64,000 nucleotides of DNA, taken from Squalus acanthias (lineage: Eukaryota). Under the pieces are notes generated by a model. It was given only the letters and a program-made list of their open reading frames with translations. It had not been told where the DNA came from and did not search any database. Each line of letters starts with the position of its first letter. The first letter of the stretch is position 1. The DNA lies in NCBI GenBank assembly GCA_030390025.1, contig JASTWF010000341.1, forward strand, positions 1 through 64,000, read 5' to 3'. Below, piece after piece: positions 26,374-38,409 of the stretch. A program made the position numbers and the translations under genes.

Positions 26374-28762
26374 ATAAGAACATAACAAATAGGAGCAGGA
26401 GTAGGCCATTTGGCCCTTCGAGCCTGCTCCACCATTCAATGAGATCATGGTTGATCTTCTACCTCATCTCCACTTTCCTGCACCATCCCCATATCCCTTG
26501 ATTCCCTTAATATTCAAAAATCTATCGACCTCTGTCTTAAATATACTCAATGACTGAGCCTCCACAGCCTCCCTGCATCTACCCTGTCAAGCCCTGTAAG
26601 AATTTTGTATGTTTCAATGAGATCACCTCTCATTCTTCTAAACTCTAGATAATATAGGCTTAGTCTACTCAATCTGTCCTCATAGGACAATCCCCCCATC
26701 CCAGGAACCAGTCTGGTGAACCTTCGTTGCACTCCCTCTATGGCAAGTATATCCTTCCTTAGGTAAGGAGACAAAACTGTACACAATACTCCAGGTGTGG
26801 TCTCACCAGGGCCCTATATAATTGCAGTAAGACGTCTTTACTCTTATACTCAAATGCTCTTGTAATAAAGGCCAACATACCATTTGCTTTCCTAATTGCT
26901 TGCTGTACCTGCATGTTAACTTTCAGTAATTTGTGTACAAGGATACCCAGGTCCCTCTGAACACCAACATTTCCCAATCTCTCACCATTTAAAAAATACT
27001 CTGCTTTTCTATTTTTCCTGCCAAAGTGGATAACTTCACATTTCTCCACATTATATTCCATTTGCCATGTTCTTGCCCATTCACTTAGCCTGTCTATATC
27101 CCCTTGAAGCCTCCTTGCATCCTCCTCACAACTTACATTCCCACCCAGCTTTGTACCATCAGCAAACTTGGATATATTACATTTAGTCCCCTCATCCAAA
27201 TCATTGATGTAGATTGTGAATAGCTGAGGCCCAAGCACTGATCCTTGCGGTACCCCACTAGTTACAGCTTGCCAACCCGAAAATGACCCGATTGTTCCTA
27301 CTCTCTGTTTTCTGTCCGTTAACCAATATTCAATCCATGCAAGTATATTACCCCCAATCCCATGAGCCCAAGTTTTGTTTAATAACCTCTTGTGTGGCAC
27401 CTTATCGAATGCCTTCTGAAAATCCAAATACACCACATCCCCCTTATCTATTCTGCTCGTTACAACCTCAAAAATCTCTAATAGATTTGTCAAACACGAT
27501 TTCCCTTCCGTAAATCCGTGTTGACGCTGCCCTATCCTATTATTATTTTCTAAGTGCCCTGTTACCACGTCCTTAATAATAGATTCTAGCATTTTCCCTA
27601 CTACTGATGTAAGGCTAACTGGTCTGTAGTTCCTCGTTTTCTCTCTCCCTCCTTTCTTAAATAGTGGGGTTACATTTGCTACCTTCCAATCCACGGGAAC
27701 CATTCTAGAATCTATGGAACTTTGGAAAATGACAACCAATGCTTCTACTATCTCTATAGCCAACTCTTTCAAAACCCTAGGATGTAGGCCATCAGGTCCA
27801 GGGGATTTATTGGCTTTCAGTCACATTAATTTCTCTAGTATTACTTTTTTTTTACTAATACCAGTATCTTTCAGTTCCTCATTCTCGCTAAACCCTTGGT
27901 TGTCCACTATTTCCGGGAAGTGTTTTGCGTCTTCTTCCGTGAAGACAGACACAAAGGGATGGATTTTCATTGACCCGTAGAGGCGGGTTTAGAGGCGTGT
28001 GTGGGGATAAAATTGCGAAAACTGGCGAGCGGGCACAAGCCCGCCTCCATGCAATTTTCATTAAATCGTGTCTGCTGGTCCCGACCCCCAATCCCATGAG
28101 CCCAAGTTTTGTTTAATAACCTCTTGTTAAGGGCCTTAACAAGCACTCAATTGGCTCTATAATGCCATTTTGAAAGGCCTTTGTGATTTTAACCCTTGTT
28201 CTACGTGAAGCGCGGCTGGCCGACTGGCGCATATGTGGATGGATGGAGAGGAGACATATCTGGGAGTGGTGGTGTAAAAATATCTGGGAGCAGACTTAGG
28301 GCTGCTGCTGCTCATTTTGCATCCAGGTCCTCTCACAGCAAAGGCCAGGCGATCTCTGAAGACCTTCAATGCAGCAGCAATGATGACATCATCAGAGGCG
28401 ACTTTCAGACTGAAAACACTAATTGGTTCATGGGTTCCCACATGCTGGAACTCAATTGCCCAATTAGGTGAAAATTGCATCAATCTCCCACATCCAATTG
28501 CAGTCGGGTGGATAACACAAAAAGTGGATAACACGACCCCAACCCGCCCCAGTATCAAAATCCAGCCCAAAGTATTTGTTTAATTTCTCTGCCATTTCCT
28601 ATTGTTGTGCGCTCTCTTCTCCTGCAAGGAGGGAAAGAAGAGAATTTTGAGTGAGAGTGACGGAATGAGTGTAAGGAATGGATGGGCTACATCTGTAGAG
28701 GGTGACTATGAGGGCGTGGCATGACATTATAATTTCTCCTGTCTCAGCCTGTAAAGGACCCA
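26374..28762 (-). mobile_element. CR1 LINE (inner copy) with RT region
   Basis: ORF 26759-27772 (YLDFQKAFDKV, GVPQGSVLGP, FADG); CTTATGT-type tail at 26374; very similar to 44891-45834; interrupted by a MITE and a templated insertion. Confidence 0.9.
27956..28568. mobile_element. PIF/Harbinger-type MITE inserted in CR1
   Basis: TIRs GGGATGGATTTTCAT / GGGCTGGATTTTGAT (rc); AAA TSD; removing it restores GACAGACACAAAGTATTTGTTTAAT. Confidence 0.85.
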
Positions 28763-28984
28763 CAATTTCTCATCATAGGGCAGCCCTCTCATCCCAGGAA
28801 TGAATCTAGTGAACCTTCATTGCACCGCCTCCAAGGCAAGTATATCCTTCCTCAGATAAGGAGACCAAAACTGTGCACAGTTTTCACAGGTCTCACCAAG
28901 GCCCGGAAACTTATCACTAACACTTGTTCAAACACCCATGTGCATACCCTTGTGCATCTAGGATTGTGTCTTTTTTCTTTTCAG

Positions 28985-31268
28985 AGTACTTTTACGAGGT
29001 GCAACCCCTGTGGCTTTAGCAGAGGTTGAGGCAGCTACTCACTTCCATGCTGCGACTGCTTCGACACTTTTGGCGGACGTCCTCTGGGTTTGGAGCCTGT
29101 GAGGGCCCCGCCAAAGACTGCTCCTCCTGCAACTGTGCAGGGGCAGACTCGGCCATCGGGATCCGAGGCAGCATTTGGGGCTCTGACTGAGGGGGTGGCA
29201 ACGGGGGAGAAGTGGGAGCTTTGAGCAGAGCCCCCACTTCCATGTCCCCTCTCACCATCATCCTTCTCATGGGCCACCCGCACTTCCCCACTAGCAAGGA
29301 GCTGGAGAGCACCTTGCTGCACATCAGTGGGGCGATGAACGCAAAAGTCTACGTTTATATCCCTCCTTGAGATGAGGTCTATGAGCGTCTGCCATCTGTT
29401 GTCCACAGCAAGCATGTTCTTGTGCGACTGGCACATTTGCTGCTTCTTGCAGGTGGCCATCCTTGATATGGAAGAGCACATCGCCTGCGAGATGGTGGTG
29501 CTCATGTTGGAGATGGATTCCCCATTCCGTGCACATTTGTAGACATCGCGGCTGCAAAAGCTGCCAGAGCTTCATGCAATTGTTGCTGCCCCCCCCCCAA
29601 GATAACCCTCTTTCTCGATGGCCCGCGAGGCTCAGCATCTGCATGCAGCTCAGCAGAGCTTGGTGCATCCTGCGCCCTCTGGCGAGGAGTCTCTACTGCT
29701 GTCCCTGTCAACACCATATGCTCTCGCTCACTTGTGATGCGAGAGACACCAGGTGACAACACTAGTCTATCTCGCACAGGACCCACCGAGGTGTGTGTAT
29801 CTGCGCTGGTGCTGGCCACACTTGGGTCTGCTGATGGTGCACCCTCAGAGGCTTGAGCTTCCTCTGAGGAGTCGTCTTCCTCCTGCGGCTGGAAAGTGGT
29901 GGGTGGGGCACTTCATGGACCTGTGGGAGAGTAAAGAGATGAATTAGAAGTGTTATATTAAGAATGGGTAACGATACCATTAAGCAAATGATGACATTTC
30001 ACTGACTGCTGACATCAGTCACCATGCGTGATGCTGTATGCCATGTGGCTGTATGAGATGTAATTCTGTCACCAGGTTGCTGGGATGTCCCCCTATCTCC
30101 GTCTCCCACCGCCAGCTGCTCTGCAATTCCAGAGATCTCCATGGCCTCCTCCTCTGCTGGAGTGAATTGAGTGAAGACTGGAGGGCCACCTCCGGTTCTC
30201 TGCCTCTCCCTATTGTTGTGCGCTCTCTTCTCCTGCAAGGAGGGAAAGAAGAGAATTTTGAGTGAGAGTGACGGAATGAGTGTAAGGAATGGATGGGCTA
30301 CATCTGTAGAGGGTGACTATGAGGGAGTGGCATGACATTGCCAAATGGCCTCCTTCGGTGGTGTTATTTGCTACGATTGCATTAGGATGAGGGTGAGTGT
30401 CAGGGGTGGTTAGTCAGCTGGGAATGTGAGTATGTACATAGACAGTGAGGGATGGATGGATCTGCAAGGTATGTTGGTGTGAGGAATGATGTGCAGGAGT
30501 AGCTTCGGAAGGCAGGCTGATGGGGTTGTGGTGACAGGCACACTAGGATGTAGGTGAGTGTGGCATTGCACTCACCTTTCCCGACCTATTGAGATCATTG
30601 AATCTTTTGCTGCACTTGATTCACATCCTCCTCGCCACATCCTGTTGCTGACCTTTTTTTTAATTTGTTTATGGGATGTGGGCGTCGCTGGCAAAGCCAG
30701 CATTTATTGCCCATCCCTAATTGCCCTTGAGAAGGTGGTGGTGAGCCGCCTTCTTGAACCGCTGCAGTCCGTGTGATGAAGGTACTCCTACAGTGCTGTT
30801 AGGTAGGGAGTTCCAGGATTTTAACCCAGCGACGATGAAGGATCGGCGATATACTTCTAAGTCAGGATGGTGTGTGACTTGGAGGGGAACTTGGAGGTGG
30901 TGGTGTTCCCATGCGCCTGCTGCCCTTGTCCTTCTAGGTGGAAGAGGTCGCGGATTTGGGAGGTGCTGCCGAAGAAGCCTTGGCGAGTTGCTGCAGTGTA
31001 TCTTGTAGATGGTACACACTGCAGCCACGGTACGCCGGTGGTGCAGGGAGTCAATGTTTAAGGTGGTAGATGGGGTGCCAATCAAGGGGGCTGCTTTGTC
31101 CTGGACCTCCTCTGCGATCTCCAACCATGCCCTTTTTGTGTCTTTGGGTGGTCTTTTGCGCCTATCGCCAGGGAAGAGGACCTCCCTGCCTGCTCTTATT
31201 GTCTGCACCAGAACATCGAGGGAGGCATCGTTAAATCTTGGTGTGGCCCTCTGCCTTTGTGTCTCCAT
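28985..31268 (-). pseudogene. Three-exon Myb/SANT-like (Myb_DNA-bind_5, NAIF1/MSANTD-type) DNA-binding gene of Harbinger origin, inactivated
   Basis: Exon 1 31268-30576 (METQRQRATPRFNDASLDVLV...KRAWLEIAEEV...KCSKRFNDLNRSGK|GTGAG); exon 2 30232-30073 (TTGCAG|EKRAHNNRERQRTGGGPP...|GTGAC); exon 3 from 29920 (CCCACAG|) ending near KPRGRPPK. Contains stops, frameshifts and a LINE insertion. Confidence 0.8.
30655..31103 (-). mobile_element. 5'-truncated copy of the 22834-25969 LINE inserted in Myb exon 1
   Basis: Encodes QDKAAPLIGTPSTTLNI...HHHLLKGN as at 25518-25904; poly-A tail; GACCT duplication at 30650-30654 and 31104-31108. Confidence 0.9.
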
Positions 31269-31836
31269 GACCCACACTTTTATCAGCTTTATGACGCTAC
31301 TCAGACCTCTGGATACCAACTTATTCACTCCTACATCAACCTTTAAATGAGATGAATGCAAGGTTGCTTTAAATAGCGGCGCTGGAAATTAGTCATTAAT
31401 GACATCATCAGACCCGCTCCATTTAATTGGGTCGGGAAATACGCATGACTGGTTTAAGTGGGGCCATTAAGTAAGTCGCACTGAAGAACGCGCTGCTCAC
31501 AACATCAGGTTCCCAACCCGCGACGCGGCCCGCACGCATGCAACCCGACTCCAAGGTAAAGATTCCTGCCACTGAATTGAAATTTCAAATCATCGTAATT
31601 GGAGTGATTGTTGTCAAAAATGCAGTCATGTCAAGACAACAGCTTTCTCTGTTAATTTTTGAAATGGAACAAATGTAACTGATACCAGTGATGGAAGATA
31701 AAGAATGAAGAAGAAAGTGTTCTTAAGTATGTAGATATATATAATATATATAAAATCAGAAAGGAGTCTGCAGTCAGAGGTGTGGTGAAAAGTAATAGGG
31801 GAATCTGTAGCCATTTTTCTTGCCCTGAAATGTTAT

Positions 31837-32060
31837 ACATAGAAATGCAAACACAGAAACAGGCCTTTCAGCCTAACCAGTCTGAGTCAGCATTTACCCT
31901 CCAAGAGAGCACGTAGTTCTCATCACATTTACCCACCCTGTTCCCATATCCCTTCAACCTCTTTTCCTTCTTTCATCTATCCAATCTAATCTTGAATATT
32001 AACATAGTTTCTGCCTCAACCACTCATCATGGAACTGAATTCCATAGCCTCCCAACTCTG
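31837..32060 (-). mobile_element. Old CR1 3' end
   Basis: ACATAGAAATGCAAACACAGAAACAGGCCTTTCAGCC...CCCATATCCCTT...CTATCCAAT...GAATTCCA pattern parallels the younger CR1 tails. Confidence 0.6.
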
Positions 32061-32119
32061 TTAGAGGAGATGTATGAAGAGGAAAAGTTGTTTGAGGAGA
32101 TAAAAATGCAATTTCGAGA

Positions 32120-32420
32120 CCCAAATTCAATCCCAGATCTGTGCTAAGTTAGATGATTTCACTCAGGGCTGTGGTTGGGATTCTACAGTTGACCTCAGTC
32201 TCCCTAAGGTATTGTACCTTTACCTGACGAAGGGGCAACAGCTCCGAAAGCTCGTAATTTTAAATAAAACTGTTGGACTATAACCTGGTGTTGTGCGACT
32301 TCTCATTTTTGTCCCTAAGGTAGGGTGGGGGAAAAAAATCAGTTAAGGTTCCCACTTCTGACCTTTAACTAATGACTCTTCCTGGAAAGCATGCGTACTA
32401 GGTAAGGACAAGATCCTGCT
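32120..32420 (+). mobile_element. Ancient tRNA-derived SINE (same family as 38410-38790), split by a Penelope-type insertion
   Basis: TTCAATCCCAGATCTGTGCTAAGTTAGATGAT...AAAATCAGTTAAGGTTCCCACTTCTGA parallels 38467-38590. Confidence 0.5.
32212..32311 (+). mobile_element. Penelope-like terminal fragment with a minimal hammerhead-like motif
   Basis: CTGACGA-A-GGGGC-AACA-GCTCC-GAAA, then AATAAA and TGTTGGACTATAACCTGGTGTTGT; perfect 11-bp TSD TCCCTAAGGTA (32201-32211, 32312-32322). Confidence 0.7.
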
Positions 32421-35400
32421 GGGCTTCAGCTTTTCCAAGTTGAATCGCCGGCATACTAAATTTCCAAGATTTGGACAAGGTACTTGATGCCACCGCATCG
32501 ACGGAATGGTGCTTCAGCAAGTCAGTGCTTTCAGGGAAGGACAGAATAAAGCCAGACATTTGTGTGGGTTTTTTTCCCCCATATATGTGAAGTTGACTAC
32601 AAGCTTTTATTTTCACCCAGGTGCTTTTAGTAACATTGCCTCACTTCCTCACTAGCACTCTTAGGTATCTGCACCGTAGTGCTAGCTAAGAAGAATTTTA
32701 TGGGATAAGCAGACAATAGACAATCACATGGAATTACTTTGCAGACTTAAAACTGTGGGGTAAACATTTCACGGTGCCGCTCCTTAGCATACAATGATAG
32801 CAAATATCACAAAACTGCACCCGGCCAGCTCATCATTTTCCATCCATTAACTCTACTAAATAGAAAATCCCAGGCTGGGAGTGCGTAATCTTGTGGTGTG
32901 TGCTTCTGGCATACACCAAGGAGAGGCGCAGCACAATTGTTACCCTTAAGGCAACATCATTGATTTTAAAAAGTCCATCCTCCTTAATATAAGCTGAGGT
33001 CTCTAAATCTCTAACCATGACTCTGCTATTTAAATGATCCCCTGATAACTGAAGGAGGATTTCCAGATCCAAATAAGAATATTAATAAAAAGTTAAACAA
33101 TTAAAATGTATTTGTTCATTCTCAGACTAAACTGATTTAAGGATTATAGAAGTGTCAACTCTGTGAATCTTGAAATTTTCTGTAGAAGTTTACAGATTTT
33201 TTTCATGTTTTAAGACAGAAAATAATTGTATAATTTGATTCAGAATTTAAAAAAGTGAATTAACAATTTGATATAGGAACTGCCTGTAGTTCAATATCAC
33301 ATACTGTTTATTAGCTGACTGGCTATTTGCCCCATTAATCTCTAATCTTACCCATTAAAAAGGGTTCACTTGACAAAGCAAATAGTTTTCCTGCTACATA
33401 AAATATCAGCCTTGGTTATTTAAAACTACATTTCAGGATTGATAAATACATACATGAAGTAATTATTTATTTAGTCAGTCAATCCACAGCCACATTTATC
33501 TTAGAGACAATAACACTCTTTAGAAGTATAATCAGTTTTGTGTGAAATGAATGTTTTCATTAAGTGTTTTCTTAGATTGAACTGCTGAATGAATGATTGC
33601 ATGGACTGTGGTGCAAAGATTTACAAATCGTCTTTAATCTCTATTTCATAGAATTCCAGAATTAATTGTAACATTTCTTTGGAAATTAATTATGTATTTC
33701 TCTATTTTTCCAGGTTCAACTCTACCATTAGCCCATGTTTGTATTAAATTAAGACAAAGGTATAAGGTTCATACATAAATGTTAAGAGTTTTCAGCATCA
33801 GTGTGTCTAAAAACAAATGCATGGCAATATATCAGAGAACAACTCACTTATCAAAGATGGAGTTGATGCCCTGCTGTAAATGTGTATGCATCACCATGAT
33901 AAACATTACATGAACATGCTAAAAGCAGTGGAAAATTTGTAACAAACACGGATCACAAAACAGCAAGCAATTTGTCATCTTCAAATTACTGCATGCCTTG
34001 CCAGAGGCATTACCAGGTGTTAGCAACACACCCATATAGTAAAGATTTATAAGTACACAAAAAGTCAAAACAGTTTGCTCATAGCTTAGAAATTCCTTGA
34101 CCGTGAGCCTATCTGATTTTAAAATTTTATCTGCAAACGAGTCCAATGAAACTTAGACTAACAGTGTGGGTATCAGATTTCACTTTACAGATTACACAAA
34201 CATGAAATAGTGTTGACGTGACTCTTTAAAAATGGTAACACTAAGTTCTGAAAAAAGAATGACATATATAATCATAAAAATGATTAAAAACATAAACTAC
34301 TTCAGTGCAATACTTGAAATGTAGCACGCTGCTAAAAATCTATGGTTTTCTATTTGTTCTTCCACTTTTTCTATTCCCCCACCCTCCACCACCTAAATCA
34401 GGACTGGTCAGCTCCATTAATTTTCCTTGAACTGGAATGACAGGAAAATGCATTGCACACTCCTCTACAACTTCTGATGCCAAAGCTGCTTCTCGGAGGC
34501 ACACTTTGATAGGGGCCAAGGCAGACTAAGTGCTAGTCAAGAATAATCACTCCCCTCTTGAGGAATCCCACCTTGCTGCCTGACTACGAATTGCCAAATT
34601 ATCGCACTGGTGGACTTGGGTGTCACAATTGGCACAGAACCCATTATTACAGCAGTTGGCTGGTACTTTAAACAGCATGCTGTAATGGAACTTTAGTTTT
34701 TGCACTGTTTTGGAAAAATTGTTAAGTTACTTAACATGGTAGAAATATAATTAAGGCCAAATAAAATGAACACATTCTGTCCTTGTTCTGCAGATGTGTT
34801 TTAACTGGTTTTTTTTATAAACAAAAGTATTACAAACACACCTTGTCCTTTTTTTTAGCCAAATATAATGGAAAAACTCAAATCGGTATAAAGAAGTTAA
34901 GGGCAGTACATTCTTGTAAAAAGAAAAAAACTTAAAAAAGAAAATCTGCAAATAAGAAGATTTCTAAAAGGCAAAAAGCTTTGTTTTTACACAAGTCTGT
35001 TAAAAGCAATTATTTCCCTTTTTTTATGTATTTGCTTCCCTAGGTTCGGCTTCACCAGCTATTTCATCATTTCTATTTCCAGCTAAAAAAAAACTGGCCA
35101 TAATCTGCTCCCATGACCTTTCCCAAAAGCTCTGTAACTGAACAGTATTGGTATTTTGGGGTATTTACAAAGTGGGCTGGCTCTCCCAATCCAATTCTGC
35201 CTCCTTGCCTCCAGTTAACTAAGAATTCCAGCTGAGATCAGGGGACTCACCATGTGGGGACTCTCTGGTTCTGACCTCTGGCGCAGCAGGTCAGTGCAAT
35301 AACCCACAATGCCGCCAGGCTGCCTCATTAATTTTTAATGTGTTATATTCTTAGCTCACGTTTTCTACCTGCACAGTCGCCACAGGAAAACTGAGGTTTT

Positions 35401-37917
35401 GTCAGCTTTCTTAAATGGACGCCAAGTACTACCTGCCATAAAACATCAGGTGTCTCTGTTTTCCCCCCCCCCCTAATGTTATGGCCTTGTTGACTGAAGT
35501 GTCTCCAGCTTTACTCGGAGTCAAAGGAGCCATTATTGCATCTTGTATCTTTTCCCGAAAAACATTACTTAACAAGAAAAATATGTCAATATACTGTGAA
35601 AGCTTTCATTTATGCCATCACATTGAGCTAACTGCTGCAAGCAGCGCTGTAAATAACCGCTAAGAATGTGTAACTGGGCTCCCTTTTTTTTAAGCAAAAG
35701 GGCCAATGTGTGTGCCAGTAGATACAACTAGACTTTACACAGCCTCAGTAATTTATTATGTTATAGCATTTTTTTTCCTATTTTATCTCCCTTCTATCCT
35801 AGTGACCCTTCCAGCCCAAAGCAATTACTACATCTGTTCACATAAATCATCTCTCAAATTTGTCAGACAGTTTTATTTACCTCTTTTATTTGGGGAAATT
35901 ACAAAGACGACTGTATTACAATTGCGCTCTGAAAATTGCTTTCACATATTACAACAGAGATGATTACACATTGGTGTTAACCTGAAACCACTTATTGTTC
36001 AGTAATAAACATCAATATGCAGATGCATTTGGATCTCATGCTGTAATCAAGGATGGTACCCTCGTGGTAAGGCTGTAGTAAACTGATCAAAAACAGGTGT
36101 TAAGCCAAGTTAGTGTTCAGCTTCTAGCAGCTGTCAACTAATGATAGATTAGACAAATCTGATTGTTCTATCAAAACATGCATCTCGCATCTTGATCAGG
36201 TAGCCTATTGAATTATGATTAATTCACATGAGTGTTGCTGACAGATAAGATGCTTTATCTGTAGATGTGAGGCAGTTGCTTGCCTGAAGCGAAAAGACAC
36301 CAGAGCTGCTGGTAAAATAAAAAGTATCAAGGACTGTTCAGTTTGAAGTTAATCACCTACATGCACCTCCTATTTTATCAAATCCATTTAACTGTGAGAA
36401 ACCGATGATGACATACAAACAGATAATGGGAGGATATAATTACAAATATGTATAAAATAAACACATAGACAATAGTTTCAAAGGACTTTTGATGATTTTT
36501 TTTGCTGAAGTGAAGCAGTCTGAAATAGACTACATGAAAGGATCTAAGAAAAACAGAAAGAGCTTAACTTTCTTCCAAACACTTGCATTTCATGTACCTT
36601 ATAAACACAAAAACATCAAACTTTCACCAAAATCTATTTACAGTAATTGTACAAGATGAAGGTCTACAAAAGGCTCAACTTAACATTAGATGGCTGTCAG
36701 ATTTTGGGCCAACACCAATTCTATACTCAACCAGGCATATAAAATTAGGTTTACAGTCAAGCCTCTTCTCTCGATGATTTCTTAAAAGGTTGCAGCAAAT
36801 AACCTACTCACACATACACTCCAATCTCTCTTTTTTGGCTATGTTATGACAGCTTAATCACTTCCAGTCTGTGAGAAAATGGGAAAGATAATCAAACAGT
36901 ACTAAGTATTTGCAAAATTTATTTGAGAATCAATAAAACCTTTTTTCTTTGAAATAGCGTAGGATGAGAAACTGCTACTAATTAACTTATTGTAACCTTA
37001 ATACTTTACAAAAACGCTAATGTATTGTAATTGCATTTTTGACCAACAAGTGTTAACCTTTCCATGACTTACTTTTGCAGCCTTAATCGATTCTGTACTG
37101 CTGCTAAGGTCAAGGAGTCTACTAACTCCTTTCATGGCCTCTACGGCTTCTACTCATGGGGATAAAATGTTTTAAATGGAGTATATTCTAGAAACATCAA
37201 TATATGATTACTGCAATGATTTGTATTGATCGCAGCAATGGAATACAGCAAGCTGCATCACAATATGAATTATGACACATATACCATCAAATGTCTTTTT
37301 CCTTAATATATTTCAATGGTCTATATTTAAATGATACTTTATGGTAATTTATTACACGTCTCCTCCTCAGGAAATCTAAATCAGTTCTCTATTCAAAACC
37401 ATAGCTAAAGAAAAACAAAACAAGTATTTCAATTCACATAAATTTTAATTCAAATTTTAAAAACAACAATTTAATTAGCTAATCTGACAAAATAAATTTG
37501 TGTTCACTATATGGTCTGTATACTTGTATGCACAAGATCCAGCAACTTTACTTTAGGATTTGAGTATTGAATTCTGTGGGTGGGGTGCAGAAAAATCTAT
37601 TTAGAAATCATACTGAAAACAATATGTTGTTTAAGTAACATAGCTAAAATTTATTGAGTAATATCCTCATGACACACCAAGTAACTGGCTTCCATTATGA
37701 CTAAACAGGAAGTAGAAAAGAGCAGGATTTCTAAGGATAATCATGTGATCTTATAAGGTGTGCCTAAATTCTTAGTAATTTAAACTCCCAACTTGGTTTT
37801 ATGGTGACACTTAGATTGCATTGCCCAAGGAAAGATATCAGAACTGTGTTAAAAAGGAGGCCTTTTTTTTTTACCAGAACTACTTAAACAGAAATTCTAT
37901 GGTTATCTTCATTTTAA

Positions 37918-38015
37918 TTTGCCTACATAATAAGTCATTGCATTTCAAAGTATGTCACTGTGTGGAGCATTTTGAAATGCTTTGATAGCGTACGGTGAGA
38001 CATAAATGCAAGTAT
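37918..38015 (+). mobile_element. Degenerate DeuSINE/L2-type 3' tail
   Basis: TTTGCCTACAT...CATTTCAAAGTA...CATAAATGCAAGT parallels 42920-43032. Confidence 0.45.
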
Positions 38016-38409
38016 TACTATGTAATTACCAGTAAAATTAACATAAGAATGTGTTGCAAATCATTTTCGTCAGCTTGATCTCCTCACAAAAATCTAAACC
38101 AAAGTCGTAAGTTACTTAGCAATTCATGTATGTTAGAGAGACAAAGATATATAAAACCTGCCATGATTTATTGAACCTGGCTATGCAGAGTTAATGCAAT
38201 GTTTCAAAATGGAAATCAATAAACAATATTACTTGATCTGTTTCACATTTCCTACACTAAATATAGCATCAATTTAGATCAAAATTGTTTCTAATCCCAG
38301 TCTAATACACAACATGATATAGATTATATTTTGTTGGAGCTGTGTGCATAAACTAAATTAGGATTTGTTTTTAAAATTAAATATTATGAAAAAGTTAACA
38401 CAGCTTGCT

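Larger units (their letters stand above)
25970..28904 (-). mobile_element. CR1 LINE 3' part (outer copy), split by a second CR1
   Basis: 25970-26373 encodes the CR1 C-terminus (LYSLEFRRMRGDLIE...VVNLWNSLP); its continuation resumes at ~28762-28904 (CAATTTCTCATCATAGGG...TCTCACCAAGGCCC). Confidence 0.8.
22599..31570 (-). mobile_element. Probable Harbinger-type element carrying a Myb/SANT gene, disrupted by nested retroelements
   Basis: Left end GGGCCGGAATTT (22599) and right end rc GGCAGGAATCTT (31570) with CpG-rich subtermini; encloses the spliced Myb-like gene. No clean TSD, so pairing of the two ends is inferred. Confidence 0.5.
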
